The notes under the pieces were generated by a model that did no database searches, was not told the DNA's origin, and saw nothing but the letters and a program-made list of their open reading frames with translations. From Lytechinus pictus (lineage: Eukaryota), in NCBI RefSeq assembly GCF_037042905.1, contig NC_087251.1, positions 23,810,001 through 23,874,000 of the forward strand: 64,000 nucleotides of DNA. Reading direction: 5' to 3'. A program made the translations under genes and the position numbers. This document shows positions 11,963 to 26,200 of this stretch, piece by piece (within the stretch, counting starts at the first letter, position 1; each line of letters begins with the position of its first letter).

Positions 11963-13329
11963 ATTTTCGCACCCAAATCCGCATCACCAATATGCGAGAT
12001 AGCTAGGCGCCACTACGGCACAAGTGGTAGTATGAGACACAGTATTTTAGCTTGATATTGGTGTGCGTAAATCTTGTGTAGATCAATGAAAGACTTTTAA
12101 CCTTGTTACAGAAAGACAGCGAAAAATGATCCCTGAATTTGTCGCGAAGCCTAAGGAAAATGATCACACAACTATTCGCATTGCCTGATAAACTAGATAA
12201 TGAGCCCGGGATAATGAGATACTGCTCGATGACACATTCGAGCGCCACAATTTAGCCATACTCAGACTAAGATGTGACTCAGGCTTCGAGAAAGTTATAA
12301 TTGTGAGTCATGTAGACCTATACAGTCCTACATTGGGATAAAATAATAATCATCGGTCTTTGTAAAGGTCACATTCTGTTGAGGTAGCCGATAGCAGCTA
12401 GGCTGGCTGAATCATATCATTGTCAGCTATTTGGGTATCTGGAAAGTGAGTGGGCGGGAATGGCCTTTTATTTTCCATATATTTTAAATATTAGTCATAT
12501 GAATGCAGATGCATAATAAAGCAGGTAAACAAAGCCTAATTGCTATGAGTCAATATAAGGCATGATAGTTATCTTGTCGAGCGGTTGACTATCCATGCGG
12601 AGCTCCATGGGCTTTCATTAAACAACTGGATCACAAAATAATGAACAGGGATTACATGTATATTGGCATTACATATAATTCGTAATTTTCTTCATCATGC
12701 ATCATCAACATCGTTGGGTATTATTATCAGCATTTTTATTATCACTCAATATAATATCATAATTATCTTAATTATTATTATTACAGTATAATTATAATTA
12801 TCATCAGGTGCGGAGAGAAGAACTTTAAAACGGGGGCGAACTTGTCTGGAAAAAAAATGACAATTTACCTCCCCCCTGAAAAAAGGTCATCCCTCATTTT
12901 ACGGGATGCTTCATGCTGCATTATGTAGATTTTCAATTTATGGGATGCACCAACATACTCATATCCCCCCATGTAGGTTCTAAAATTCGATCCGTGGAGG
13001 ATCTACGGGGGGTGGGGAGGTTAGGGCCGGGGGTTACCCCCCCCCCCCCCCGGGTTGCCAAATAAATAAAAGTAATGACCTACATTTTGTAGCCAACCAT
13101 AAATGACCTTCATTTTATGGTGAATCTTTTTTTTTGTTGCTTATATAAAAACAATTCTCGGTACCAAAATGCCCTTTATTTTGTTTACCAAAAAACTTTC
13201 AGAACCTATTCTTTTTTTATCTACACCTTACTTCACTATTTCTCAGCGCTAAAAGTAAAGTTATTTTTATATATAATATTATCATTATTATTACAATAAT
13301 AATCATTATTATATCATTATTTTTATTAT

Positions 13330-13760
13330 TAGTAGTATAGTAGTAGTAGTACTACTACTACTACTACCAGCTACTACCAACTACTACTTCTACTACTACT
13401 ACTACTCCTACTACTACTCCTACTACTACTACTACTTCTACTGTACTACTTCTACTACTACTACGATACGACTACTACTACTACTACTATTAATACTACT
13501 GCTTATAATTCTACTATATTACTACTCCTACTACTACTACTTCTATACCACTACTACTACTACTACTACACGAATACTACTATACTACTACTAATACTAC
13601 TACTATACTACTACTGCTACTACTACTACTATCATGACTATACTACTACTAATACTACTCCTGCTACTATCTACCACTACTACTATACTGCTATACTTTT
13701 ACTTCTACAATTACTAGTACTCATGTTGCTGGTGCTGCTTCTGCTACTACTGTTATTATT
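13330..13760. repeat. Degenerate (CTA)n microsatellite preceded by a short (TAG)n
   Basis: Directly visible trinucleotide array. Confidence 0.95.
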
Positions 13761-14309
13761 ATAATGCTCTCACTTTATTAATATTATCACCATCATCATT
13801 ACTATATCATCTTAACCCTATTTAGGCCAGCCCCCCCCCCCAACGATTCGCGCAATACTTTTGCTGTGCGAAATTTTTTGACCACGCCATTCCATAAGAT
13901 ATTTGTAGGAATCATAGACAAGTCCATTATTGACCCTATAAAGTGGCATATTTCTACATCCCATAATTATGAAGAAGAGCCATCCAATATAATAATTATT
14001 ATTATCTTTATTACCATCTATTATTATCTATTACTATTCATTAAACCATCCAAAATAAAACAATACTGAACAATAAGTCTCATATATAAGCCTGTTTGGA
14101 GAATTCATCAGATTTAGGAGCTTCGTATAATGCTCTGATGTTGCACAATAAAATCTTGCAGACCAAAATATGCATGTTAATGTACGGCTGATAGACCCTA
14201 ATCATATAGCATACTTTATGATTATTTGATCAACTATTTACAAAAAGATCAAGAGATGACAGTTTAAAAACTACTCAAGAACAAACGAATCAGCATTTAC
14301 ATTTATCTC

Positions 14310-14315
14310 TTTATT
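14310..14315 (-). terminator. Candidate KLC polyadenylation signal
   Basis: AATAAA on the minus strand (a second at about 14338-14343), followed by the GU/U-rich ATTCGTTTGTTCTTGAGTAGTTTTT; close to where low-complexity intergenic sequence begins. Confidence 0.4.
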
Positions 14316-17300
14316 TGCACATTGAACTTAGTTTTTTTTTTATTCCATACATTTTGTGTCATCAATGTATTTGCAAGCATCACACATTTATTACACACAT
14401 ATCAACTAAGATGAGATCCTTCATATACTTTATACAAGTACTCTTAGAACTTTTGAAAGGAAATATCTGTCAATATGTTCAAAGATATGCCTGCTGTATA
14501 CACATAAGTTACACTGCACAGTCACAATCTATATGATTACAAAGGAATGCAGTCTTTGTTTTGGTTAACCAGTTAGAAAAGGCTAAAAGATAACAAGTTG
14601 TAGCAGTGTTCCTGACAACGTCAGGTGTGACATAATGAGCGTCTAATGAGCATCTAATGAGCTGAACAAGGTATTAGAGAGAAAAGTTGAACCAAATGCA
14701 TATCAGATGGAAAAATAGACCTGTCTAATTCTACTGTCACCACTGAAGAAGATTTAGTAAGAAAATGCTATCTCAAAAGAGACTACTGGCACGGTCTATC
14801 ACAACACTATCTGACATCCCTTGAAATGTGCATTCAAGTTTTTAGAAATTTTACTGTCAGAATATTTCAAAATTTACTGTTGGAAAGCAAATGATCCCAT
14901 ATTGAATGAATTGTCAATAGATGAAATTACTCATTAATATTCTGTGACAACATTTCTAAGACTCTTTATTCTTACTTTTAGTAAACATATATAGGTGAAC
15001 TGATATCATAACTTATTAGGTAGTTTTTTTTAACCCAATGTTTGTAATAGGAAATTATTTCTTTGCCCTTCTGCTAACAGATGAATTACTCTTTACAAAT
15101 GGCACAGATAAAACTACATATATAATGTATGTACATTCTTCTTTTCTAATGTCTAAATAATTAAGCATTTTCATTCCAGGCAAGTTGGAACATCACTCTA
15201 CATCGAAAGCATAATCGATATCAAGCACATTTATTTGAATTGTGACATCTATCTTTATAGCTCTTTCTTTACATTACCTCATAAATAGGTTCTCTGCACA
15301 CGATAAAGATTTTCAAGGCACAAAAATAAGAGTATAACACTAGAGCAACAAAATATCTTGAAGCCTTACAAAATACAGATGGACAGTTAATGACGTATAT
15401 AATACTACCTCGTGTCACAGGAACACGGTCAGATATCCATGATGACCTCGGCCACACAGAAGTTATTATTTTTTCCAAATCACAATCATCAGACTCTTTG
15501 ATTTTATCAATACACAGGTATGCTTTGCTTAAATTGACTGTAGTAGCAATTTCAGAAGTAATTATACTTTTTTATTAAGTGCACAGCACTGCAATAAATG
15601 CAAATCTTAAAACGGTTGGGGGCTCATTTTGCTGAGATCATGCTTAACAAAAGCAGACAGATATACAGATCCTCATTATGACTTCATATCTCTTCATTAC
15701 TCTGATGTACAACCATGTAAGACCTGAGCATATGCATATTCCCCTTGTCTTTTTATTTTTCATTATCAGCAGAGAAATGTTTGTCTACAAAAGCGATTGC
15801 AGAATGTATACCATTAGTAAGTTGTACATTTTGTCCACTCCCTGTGTCATACGGTTTTGAGCGGGAACCACCAAGATGCAAAAGGTTACAAATGAATTCT
15901 TTAATGAGACGATGAGCTGTAATCATCTATTTTGTCAGAATGCTGATATTTGATCTAAAAAAAATAGCAACAGTGTGGCCAAGGCTCTTACAAAGCAGAC
16001 ATCACCATGAGTGACAACTGAGCTAATATTCACAAACATGCATTATAATGCCTTTTGACCTTTTCATCTGTGAAAACACATATACCTATATTTCAATCTT
16101 GTGAGAGGCAACACAATCATATCATAACATTTTCATGTGAATTTATTGTGTATGAAATTAACATTGACATCAATTCATTTTCAAAAGAGAAAACATGGTA
16201 TGGTGTATAAGCCATGCGAATTCCTAATGTTTAACAATAATTGGTAAGCCCTAACCATTTAATGGTTATCATTTGAGATAAATCGTTTTCTGGAAAAGAT
16301 GAATAGGGGTTTCTACTACAAAGCACATGATATCTACATTTGTAACAAGTTCATGAATGTAATGTTACTAAATATTACATCAGAGCACATTTTGAAAAGG
16401 ATTATGAATGCTGATTCAAGGAACATAAACAGTAATTTACAATTTGTTTCTTTTAAGAGGAAGATAGGGACGCATAAATTGACTATCCGGCAGCATTTAA
16501 ACCACAAATAAAACTATGAAGAAACCATAATACTGGATAGATGGAGTTCTATTAAGTGAAGAACTTGCTGACAATATCAATATTCAAAGTGCAGCAAAGA
16601 TCATTACCTTCATATTCTACAATTGATTCTGTTATTGGCAAAGTTCAGAAAAAAAGATTCACCAAGAATTTAATTCAGACACAATTTGAGATGTTGAAAT
16701 ACTAGTATCACAAGTGCAAGAGATAGAGAGTGATCAATAACAAATCTTGATTTGCTTTGTGTATCTGTTTGACAATTAAAAATCACATTCATTTAACAAT
16801 TGATGATTACAGCCATGCTATGAAGAGTTGACTTACATGAATTTTTACACAATGCAATGCCTGGCTTCAGATTGGATAGCAACTCCGTGTGTGAGAATTA
16901 TCATACATGCAAGCATTATACGAACGGAGTACATTTCATTTCAATATGTAAATCATACTGCACTTACAATTTAAAATAATTGTCTATTATTGGAATATCA
17001 AAGAGCTCTTGGTTTATTCTTGAAGAGGTTCATCAGATTGGCTGGACATTGGGGATGAAATGAATTCTTTAATAGGCTGCCACATCCTATATTATGAAAA
17101 CATTGTATGGGACAAATACAATTTATCAGCAATTTATCCTATTTTCTTGCAGTGTTGCAACATCTCTGGCCAAAGAGAGACGTCGGCTAAACCTACATAG
17201 TAGACAAAAGCTTCACTAAGTGATTGCCAAATCATTTTGATTGTGTAAAAAAGTTATCTTATTTCTAGTTCTTGGTACAGCTTGATTATAGATCGATTCC

Positions 17301-19217
17301 AAATGAAGAGATACATGTATGATATATAATTATTGATAAGGACTAAGGTTAAATTCACGATCTTTCGTTTATTTTGACACTTTTTGTGCGTAAGTATGCA
17401 GTAGATTTGTGTTCAATAACATACATATAGGAATGCAACCACACCATAAGACCACACTGCCTCCTTTTATGACAGATTTTATAACATACAAACACAAGTT
17501 TTTGATTCATATAACATCATTATAGTCAGGGCAGAGTTTTCCAACATCTTATGATTGCATAACCAATTCACAATTAAATACTTATTACTTGCTTTGTAAA
17601 ATATTGATTTGGATTCCTGCTAAACTGTGCACTGTAACTGCTTCAGGAGAACACCAATATAATAAAATTTTCATATGATTTTTTTATATATGACGTGTAA
17701 AAGATTATTAGACCATTCTTTATATAAAGCCATACACTGACAATGCAAAGTTTGAAAATGCCAGTACCTTTCAAAATAAATTTCATTAAAATTTTAAAAT
17801 TCATCTTTTCAACAATTTTGGGAAATCATACTTTTAAAACAATAACAGACATTGATTGAAGTCACAAACGCCACAGACAGCATACCGGTACTCTTTTAGA
17901 GACTGCTTTAACTACTAACACGGAAAGATTTCTTTTCAGTTTTATTCATTTGATACATTCTGTACACTTCAAATCAGTGAATGAGAAAGAGAGTATAAAT
18001 CTCACAGCTAAAGTTTAGATTCCATCTCTATTTTAAGTAAAATCACACCTAACCTTGTATATCTATCACTATTCATCAATCAAGCTATCTCTTCACCCTA
18101 CAAGAAATCATTCCAGTTATCAAATTCTTGCAAGTACATGTATGTATCTATCAATTATAATATACAATAAATCAGATAAATTCAATAATGTCTAATTTTC
18201 TTCTCTTAGTTTTTCTCGAATTTGTACATGTTCTATATATAGCTACATTCAATTAAATAATGGTCACCATCTAATTGTGTGCCACTTTGGTATGGGGTTT
18301 CCACGGAGACAAAACAACAATCAGTCAGTACGTGCACTAGTCATTGCACATCACGCCATATTTTGGTAGTGCTCACTCACGCTTCTTCACAAGATAGAGA
18401 TTTAAACGTCTTGTCTTTCTTTTGCAAGAGAGAAAGTAATGTTCATATACGTGTGATGTTGGTTGATAATGTGTGCACTACATATTCAGTTCAAACTTAT
18501 GAGCTTTCAAAGCAGCAACCATGGGGGAAAAACCCCAAAACAAATCAAGCATGTTGTCTCAAATAAATTCATCAGACAATCGACTGGTGAAATGCCCGAC
18601 ACTGCATTCACTGAACAGCAACAAAATCGGTAGATTAATGAATAAAAATTTGCAATATATTTTATCAGATTGTTCATTTGAACCCAATAAAAAAAATGGG
18701 CATCTCATTTGCAAAAGAAAAACAAAACCTTTGAAGTCTCCATTCTTTTAGTACATCATGAATAAGTGAGCTAGATATCTACAGTTTGTTTCACTAAGGT
18801 CAATCTGATTTGGGAAATTCTAGAAATAGGTCAAACAAGTCAGGAAATCTGATCATCCTCGTGGCGCTACCATTTTAAAAGGGAAACTGATGAATATGAT
18901 TTTGACAAATTCTGTGGTCAGTTCTGGTGCGAATATATCAAAGAAATGTTCATCAAAATGTTTATCAGCTCCACATGAAAACTGGAAATCCACATGTTGT
19001 GTAATTTTCTTCTCCAAATCCAGGGATTTCGTGGCACTTATGATGCTACAAACTTGATGTTAGTGAAAAAACTGAAGCAGCTCAAGTCATTCCATTGTGC
19101 CATTGAAAAATAAAAGAGCTATGCTGGACTAATTCTGCTGCCATCTCATCAGGCAGGGATCATCTCAACTCGCTAAAAGTTTGTGCAATGGATGGAGGTA
19201 CTGATGAAGGGATCGTC

Positions 19218-19307
19218 TCAGAAGTTTCCAGATTGCCGACGTGAAGAAAGGTTGTCGTGGCTTCCGACGCGACCACGAAGACTGAGTTGAATGGGTGCCG
19301 GTGATGA
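19218..19307 (-). CDS. KLC: Kinesin light chain, last coding exon (SSPAPIQLSLRGRVGSHDNLSSRRQSGNF*)
   Basis: Acceptor CCTACAG, phase 0, TGA at 19220-19218; matches the recalled sea urchin KLC C-terminus. Confidence 0.93.
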   Translation of the reverse strand, partial: SSPAPIQLSLRGRVGSHDNLSSRRQSGNF

Positions 19308-19932
19308 CTGTAGGTATATGATCAAGAAGAAAAATTGTGAAATTGAACATCATTTCATTCAGACAAAATTATCCAGAACTCCAGAATAAAAAAATGATTA
19401 TCTAGGGAGTGTTTCGAGTGTGTTTTATTTGACAGGAAAAACAGAGCTATGCTTCTTAGTCAATCAAAACAAGGGAATTGTTAGATCCAACAACATATCA
19501 GACAAAAAATGTTGATGAAACACTTTTGAGATTCAAACAAGATTTGATTTTTTAACATTCAGGGGCTCATGAAGTTAAGAGCAATTTGAATATGGCAACT
19601 CATATTACTCACTTAGTCATATTCAATTTATTACATCAAATACATTTTACACTACTACTACAAATCGGACGCATTCCAGAATGAATCAACATTGGCATGC
19701 CAAGCTTCGCGATCTGACGTGAGAGATGGTAAATCATGTAACAAATTATTTGTAGCCCTACATACGTAATCAACAAAATTTTAAATTTGATACACTTCAT
19801 TAGTACTAAGTACATCATTTACCATTTTTGGGATGAGATTTTTAGAAAAACTTCATTAAAAAAAATACAATTTTTTTTTTGCATTTCATATATCATTCAT
19901 TTATTGATAAAGTCATGCATAACTTGACTTAC

Positions 19933-19984
19933 CTCATCATTCCCTCTACTGGGTAGAACTGACATAGAACTAGCTCTTTTCATG
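19933..19984 (-). CDS. KLC: KLC exon (G-MKRASSMSVLPSRGNDE)
   Basis: Conserved MKRASS motif; acceptor TTTTTCCTCCCAG, donor GAG|GTAAGT; 52 nt, phase 2 to 0. Confidence 0.94.
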
Positions 19985-22900
19985 CTGGGAGGAAAAACGA
20001 AAAAAAAAATAATATTTAAAAAAATAAAGCACAAGAACAAATTAAATCACATAAAAATGCATATATTACTCAAATCTCAAGGTAACTTTATGTTTGTGAC
20101 AAGTATTATCCATTATGTACATCTGAAATTATTATAGACTATTAAATGAATACTCCTATTAAGATGATTAGGAAAAATAACCTTCCTTATTTTTACTCTA
20201 AATTTCAAATTTTGAAAACTTTTCATTGGGAATATCCCATAGAAATATCCATATGAAAAATATCCACCTAGGTGATAAAAGTAATTTCAGAAAAAAAAAT
20301 CATGACCTTTGTACATACATGTATACCTATCTGAATCAGGTTTAATCTGCCTATTAATTCTTATGTCGTTTTTTGTAGCTTTAGGGTGACTTTTTTTCAT
20401 AATAAGTAATATACAAAGAATGATACTAAAGACTTATGATACTGCAAAAGTGGTTATTTTTGTGGCAAAAAATATATTTTACTCTTGAAAACTTTTTTTT
20501 GCAGAAAATTTTCATTTCTTCAAATTTTTGAATCAGTTCTTATATGAATATTACAACTTCAGTGGTAGCCTATGTATATTCATGTTTGCAAATTGAAATT
20601 GTAAAAGTCTGCTTTCACAAACTATCAACCTGGTAGAAACCTGGTATGCTTTGTGTATTTCAATAAAGGGGTAATCTGAATTTAGAGGGCTACTATTCAG
20701 AGATTAATGAATATTGTAACATAGATTGGCCAGAATACAAAAGAGCAACACCTCAATTGTTTTCTATTGATATCTTACTCGCAACCCTGACACCACAAAT
20801 GTTTCAATAAATTGATGTTGAAGATGAATTTTTAATTCAAATTTTTTTCTGGCAAGAAAAACTGAGCTGAAACCTTCACGGATGCCTCGGCTGAGTAATT
20901 TAGATTTGTCACTGAACTGAGGATTATGTTAATGAATGTAACGCTAAAAGGCTTGCTTTTTCTGACTGACTGGTCAGCTCCACACACTTCATCCACTTTA
21001 CAGAAACATGGGATATTGGAATCTACACCTGTTGGCTTTCACATTAAGCTATTTAGTCATACACTATGTAGTGTTTGAGGTACAAGTATGATATTTATAT
21101 TGAATATTAAACCAGATAAGGAGTTGCTTCTTTCATATTCTGGTAAATTCGAATTGTTCTATTCAACAATCTGTGAATGTTAGCCCCCTAAATTTGGTTG
21201 ACCTTTATATGCACTGTAAATGTATATGAAATATATGATGCCCAGTATACTTTAAAGGAAATATAAAATAAACTATGAAAATGAATCAAGACTAAAATGT
21301 GTATATCATAAAATCCAGAACTAGACGCCTGATGTGATGGCACCGGAGCAACATTTTGAGATTATTTTTTTGTAAATATTATTGAAATATTCACCAAAGA
21401 TGGGGATTTTATCATGAAATCTATTTGTACAATGATGTATAAATCGTAATCTTGTGCAAGTAAAAAAAAAAATGTAAAAAAAAAATTGGGAGTTTACTCT
21501 TGTGAATACATGTATACATGTATCAATGATGAACTTGCTGTACACAAAACCAGAAAAAATGTAAAGTGTATGGCGCACCAAATTGGATGGGTTAGCATAA
21601 ATATGTGGGAATAAGCAATTGATCTGTTAAAATGTAAATATTATATGAGGATACAGATGTATATGGTTCCTAATTTCATTTGTAATGTGCATGATGAAAT
21701 AGATGACGTATTAATGAAAATATTCAAATGATGGACCGTGTGATAAGGAGATAGAGATTATGAAAGGATAACATTAATCCTTTCCTTCTTACAAAAAAAA
21801 ATACATCATACTGTAGGTATTTCTCTCACAATAATTTTAAAATAAAATGGAAAAACCCCTCTATTAAAATATACTGGACAATTTATTGATGGTTGGTTTG
21901 GAAAGAATTATAACAATATATTCATGAATCTAGATTGCAAATATTATCAACATATGCAACAGTCTAAAATTGTTTTACTTAATGAATTAACAAAAAATGA
22001 ATGAATGAGGTTAAGAACATATAGATACTAAAAAATAAAGGATTCCGTCAAAAAGGAAAAACGACTTCACATGTCATTACATCGTACATTTACATGTATA
22101 TAAAATACATGGTAAGCAAATAAGGCAATATAAAGGCATGAAAAGGGATATAATTTGTCGATAAGTACTATATCTCATGATAAATAATTTGTCAAGTCAT
22201 GAAATCATAATGGTGCATGCTATATAACATATGCATCAATAAGCCATACAGGGTTCATATCAGATTTATTGAAATGAATGTGCTATCTCTGGAATATCAA
22301 TCCCCCTCAAATTTTTAATCTAATTTTTAAGTACATGTGTATCTTTGTAGTGGTACTTCATCACCTATTAATCAAACCAACCTCATCACATCAAATATAA
22401 AAATCTTTAATCAAACTTTTTTAAAATCTCATCTGACATAATTTCCTTACGTTTATTCATATAGAACTATATATGTTCCTTTACCGTTCTTAAAGCTCTT
22501 CCTAAGAGCCATAGACACAATGCCATACAAGTTTGTTTTTTTCTAGAAAAATAACAGCCTAAGTTTTGTATTAAGCACTCACACTGCTGCATTTTTTTCT
22601 ACTCTATTTCAGCTTGATATTCGTAATTGGTTTTTAACAGTTAACATGCAAATCTGTTGTAAACCATTACAGACTGCAGAAAGATTATATATCATGTTTG
22701 CAATTGTGCTAATGGCAGTGCCACAAGACACGTCAAAGCAGTGATTACACAGCTTTTTGGGGCAGTGTTAACACACCAACAATAATCTGTCACTATAGAA
22801 TAAGGAATGGGAGGGATATTGGTTTCACTGGCAAAGAGTACAGTTGATCAGCTTTTTAATGGTTACCACAGTGCTTTGTTAATGTCTAATCTTTGATAAT

Positions 22901-23179
22901 AAGGATATGGCAACAAGTTAACAATAAATCTACTAAACGCATGTTCTCTATCATCGCTGGGACCATTTCTTGTACAAACAAAATATCACAATCAAAGTAA
23001 AATCACAAAATGCATCAATTGAAATGAGAAGAAAATACAAATATCGACAAGTTCACAAAATCCTCAAGGAAATTCTTCACAACCATGCGGGAACAAGACA
23101 TAAGACAAGGGTTCATGCACGGTGGAGTGGGGAAGAGATGCGTTGCACAGAGGTAGGCGAGTGTCTTACGTACATATAC

Positions 23180-23234
23180 CTCTACGGGGACGGAGAGACT
23201 TCTACACACCTCTATTCCATTACTTCTAAGGAAA
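23180..23234 (-). CDS. KLC: Candidate alternative KLC exon (G-FLRSNGIEVCRSLSVPVE)
   Basis: Long polypyrimidine tract then CCAG; open in the phase-2 frame; donor GAG|GTATAT, or read-through to TGA at 23015. Confidence 0.5.
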
Positions 23235-26200
23235 CTGGCCAACCAACGTGAGGAACAAAGAAGGACAAAGATAAGACAAAGATATCAAGAAGATCAGGAG
23301 TGTCAGTGAGGATCATGGCAAACAAGATTCACATCATTAAATAGATTTATTTTCTTTTTAATATTCATCTTTTAAAATCTCCTTTATATACATTCATCCT
23401 AGTTCTCCATGTTCCAGCAAGCTTTCATGTTTATAGTGCACATTCCATAGCAATCATCATTTACACATGCAAATTTTGCTAACGTAATTTGATATCCGAA
23501 AAGACATAACTCTGAATAATCTGGTTCCAAGATTCAATGTATATTTTGGAGAAAAAAAAATCAACAATCCAATTCATTGCCATGATGCAAGCAATTATAT
23601 GCAAAGGCTTTATACCTTCAATGTATCTATGAAAAATATTGGGGGAAAAACGGATAAAAAATTCTTTTGAGAGGGGCCAACTGGGAATGTTTTCCAAAAT
23701 TTCAATAATTAACTCCCTTGAAATTTAATATGTGGTCATATATGCTCAAAATAAACTACAAAATTTGTAATTCAGTATATCTTGCAAGTCTTCAAACTGC
23801 CTTAGTTAGACTTATCAACAATTTGAATATTCATAAATATAAGAATGCATTAGAAATCTGGATATTCACCGTCGTCACATTTGTTAGGATAAAACATGTA
23901 GTTGAAATTAAGAGATACAATTCCACTCACTTTCATTTCAAATGTTTGAAGAAAAATTTTGCTGAAAAGAATTAAAATGAACCTCTTTTAAAATGCGTTT
24001 TCAATCACTTGAAAACAAATGTCGAAGAAGCAAATATAGTAATTGAGCTTAAATCATCAAAAATTTGACAACCTACCTGATTTGCAATTTTACCTCAATA
24101 AGGTGTTGTAAAGAAGACCTAAATAGTTATCTACAAAGAAATTCGTAATTTTTACAAAATGAATTATCTTTTCAGATATGTTTTGAAAGTTCATATAAGC
24201 CCAAATTTTCTGCTGTCATTGCATTTTAAGAAATGACCTTGTTTATCTCTGAAATTTTGAAGAAATCTCTGGGTAATAAATGAGAATATTTTTTGCATTT
24301 CGTTTATTGAAATATATAAACAGTCCAGTTTGGCCCTCTCAAGACATGCGAGATTCAAGGAAATTGAAAAGAATCGAGAAGTGCATAACTGAACATGCAA
24401 ACGAGCAACACAATAGATGATGCTTTATAACATGAAAATGAAGGTCTGGGGCTCAGGAAAGACAGCAACATCCTATTTCATGCAACATTGCCTCCAACTT
24501 GTTGTGGGTAGTCGTCAGTAATTACAGGGTCACATTGGCTGACTCCAACAAAAGTCCTGTAAAACAACAACTAGGGGTGCAACACGGTGGTGAGAAATAT
24601 CATTAGCTAACGGAGATGTGAATAAAATTACACTAATGATACATAATGTGTTTAGAACCATACGGACATTAAACCGTATCCATTTGGATGTAAGATTAAC
24701 GCCCTTTTGGCTGTGACTGACAACACAGAAAAGTGATAGACAACAGTAAATTTACAAACATAACATTGACAAGTTATGAGAGTGCTGAAGAGGGTAGAAA
24801 TTTTGAGTCTCTTGCAATTAAACATAAATTTAGAAGCAAGAATTCCAACACCCACAAAGGCAATTTTTTTGTTCATTGAACGGACGAGGTTAACAACATG
24901 ATATGAAAACTAAAAAGCAAAGAGAGAACTTAGCACCAAATTGAAGCAACATAGTAAAGACATATAAAGCACTGTGGAACCATTAATGGTGTTATAGAAG
25001 CTGATCAAAACGTAATTATAAAAGAACCAATAACATCACAATGGAGTTAAATACAACTGTAATCAAATGAAAACTCTCCATATAAACAATTGTTTTGCTT
25101 TGTTTACACAGACTGGCACAACAACTTTATATCTTTAGCTAACCAAAATACATATATATGTAATCAAGCTTATTGGATTACAATGTCATCATGTTCCACT
25201 TGAAATTATGTTGGTTAATAAAATTATTGGCAATTAGTATTGTGTAAAAAATATTAGAAGAATTTGAGAAAAAGTGAAGAATCCTGAAAGCATGATGATT
25301 CACATCAATTTGTATTTCAAAGGGCCTAAAGATCTGACTGTAATTCATAGAAGTTGTGAAAAATATCTGTTTTAAAACTGTGGACATTTTTTAATCATGA
25401 AATAATTTGAATGTTCATTTAAAAGTCTACTAAACCCTGTTCTCTAATGTTAAAATATTCATAATTTTGATATCGCAATGACTTTCCTTTTTGAAAATGT
25501 GTAAAATATTGATGTAATTTCTATGTTTAGATGTATAAATATTCTGTATATATCTTAAATCTGTGAAATGTTGGGGTTTTTTAATGTAGTACTACTAGCG
25601 ACGATTGTATAAAGTAGTTCAAATATCTATCAAACTGATTGCTGATGAACAGGGATATACATCAAACTACTTCAAATATAGAATCAACATCATTGTGTAT
25701 GTATTTGCCGTGTACAACAAATTCCACAGAAAAATAAACAATTACAAGCTCACGAGGTTGATAATTGAACAATAAAACAAAAAACAGCTATAATCATAGG
25801 AAATCAAAGGAAAAGAGTAATGTCACATTTCTTGAAACAAAGCAAAATAATATACAGAAACAGTTTGGGAGCTTGAGTGGAGTTTTAGGAAACAATGATG
25901 ATCGAAGCATTAATTATGCTAATAAACAATAGTTGATTTGAGAGAGCCAATATAATCAAGCAGAAGAGAGTAAGTATTTGGCCACAAATATCATTATGAC
26001 AATATACACTGTTCCAAATAGTAGACATATTGGCTTCTTTTGATTTCCCTAGAGTTGTTTCTTTATTTACTTGAAATTATAACTACTGTTTTAAGATCTG
26101 CATCCATGAATTCCTTGATGAAATGAGTGAACTTTTTATAATTCCAAGTTTATGTGTATTTTACAATTTATTTTTATTTTAGTTTCAAATACTTTGCCAC

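Noticed and set aside
11846..12274. Telomerase RNA, RNase P/MRP or U snRNA
   Set aside because: No CTAACCCT template on either strand; ACTCAGACTA resembles the RNase P 3' conserved region but no GGAA-GTCTGAG partner was found; no snRNA signature recognised.
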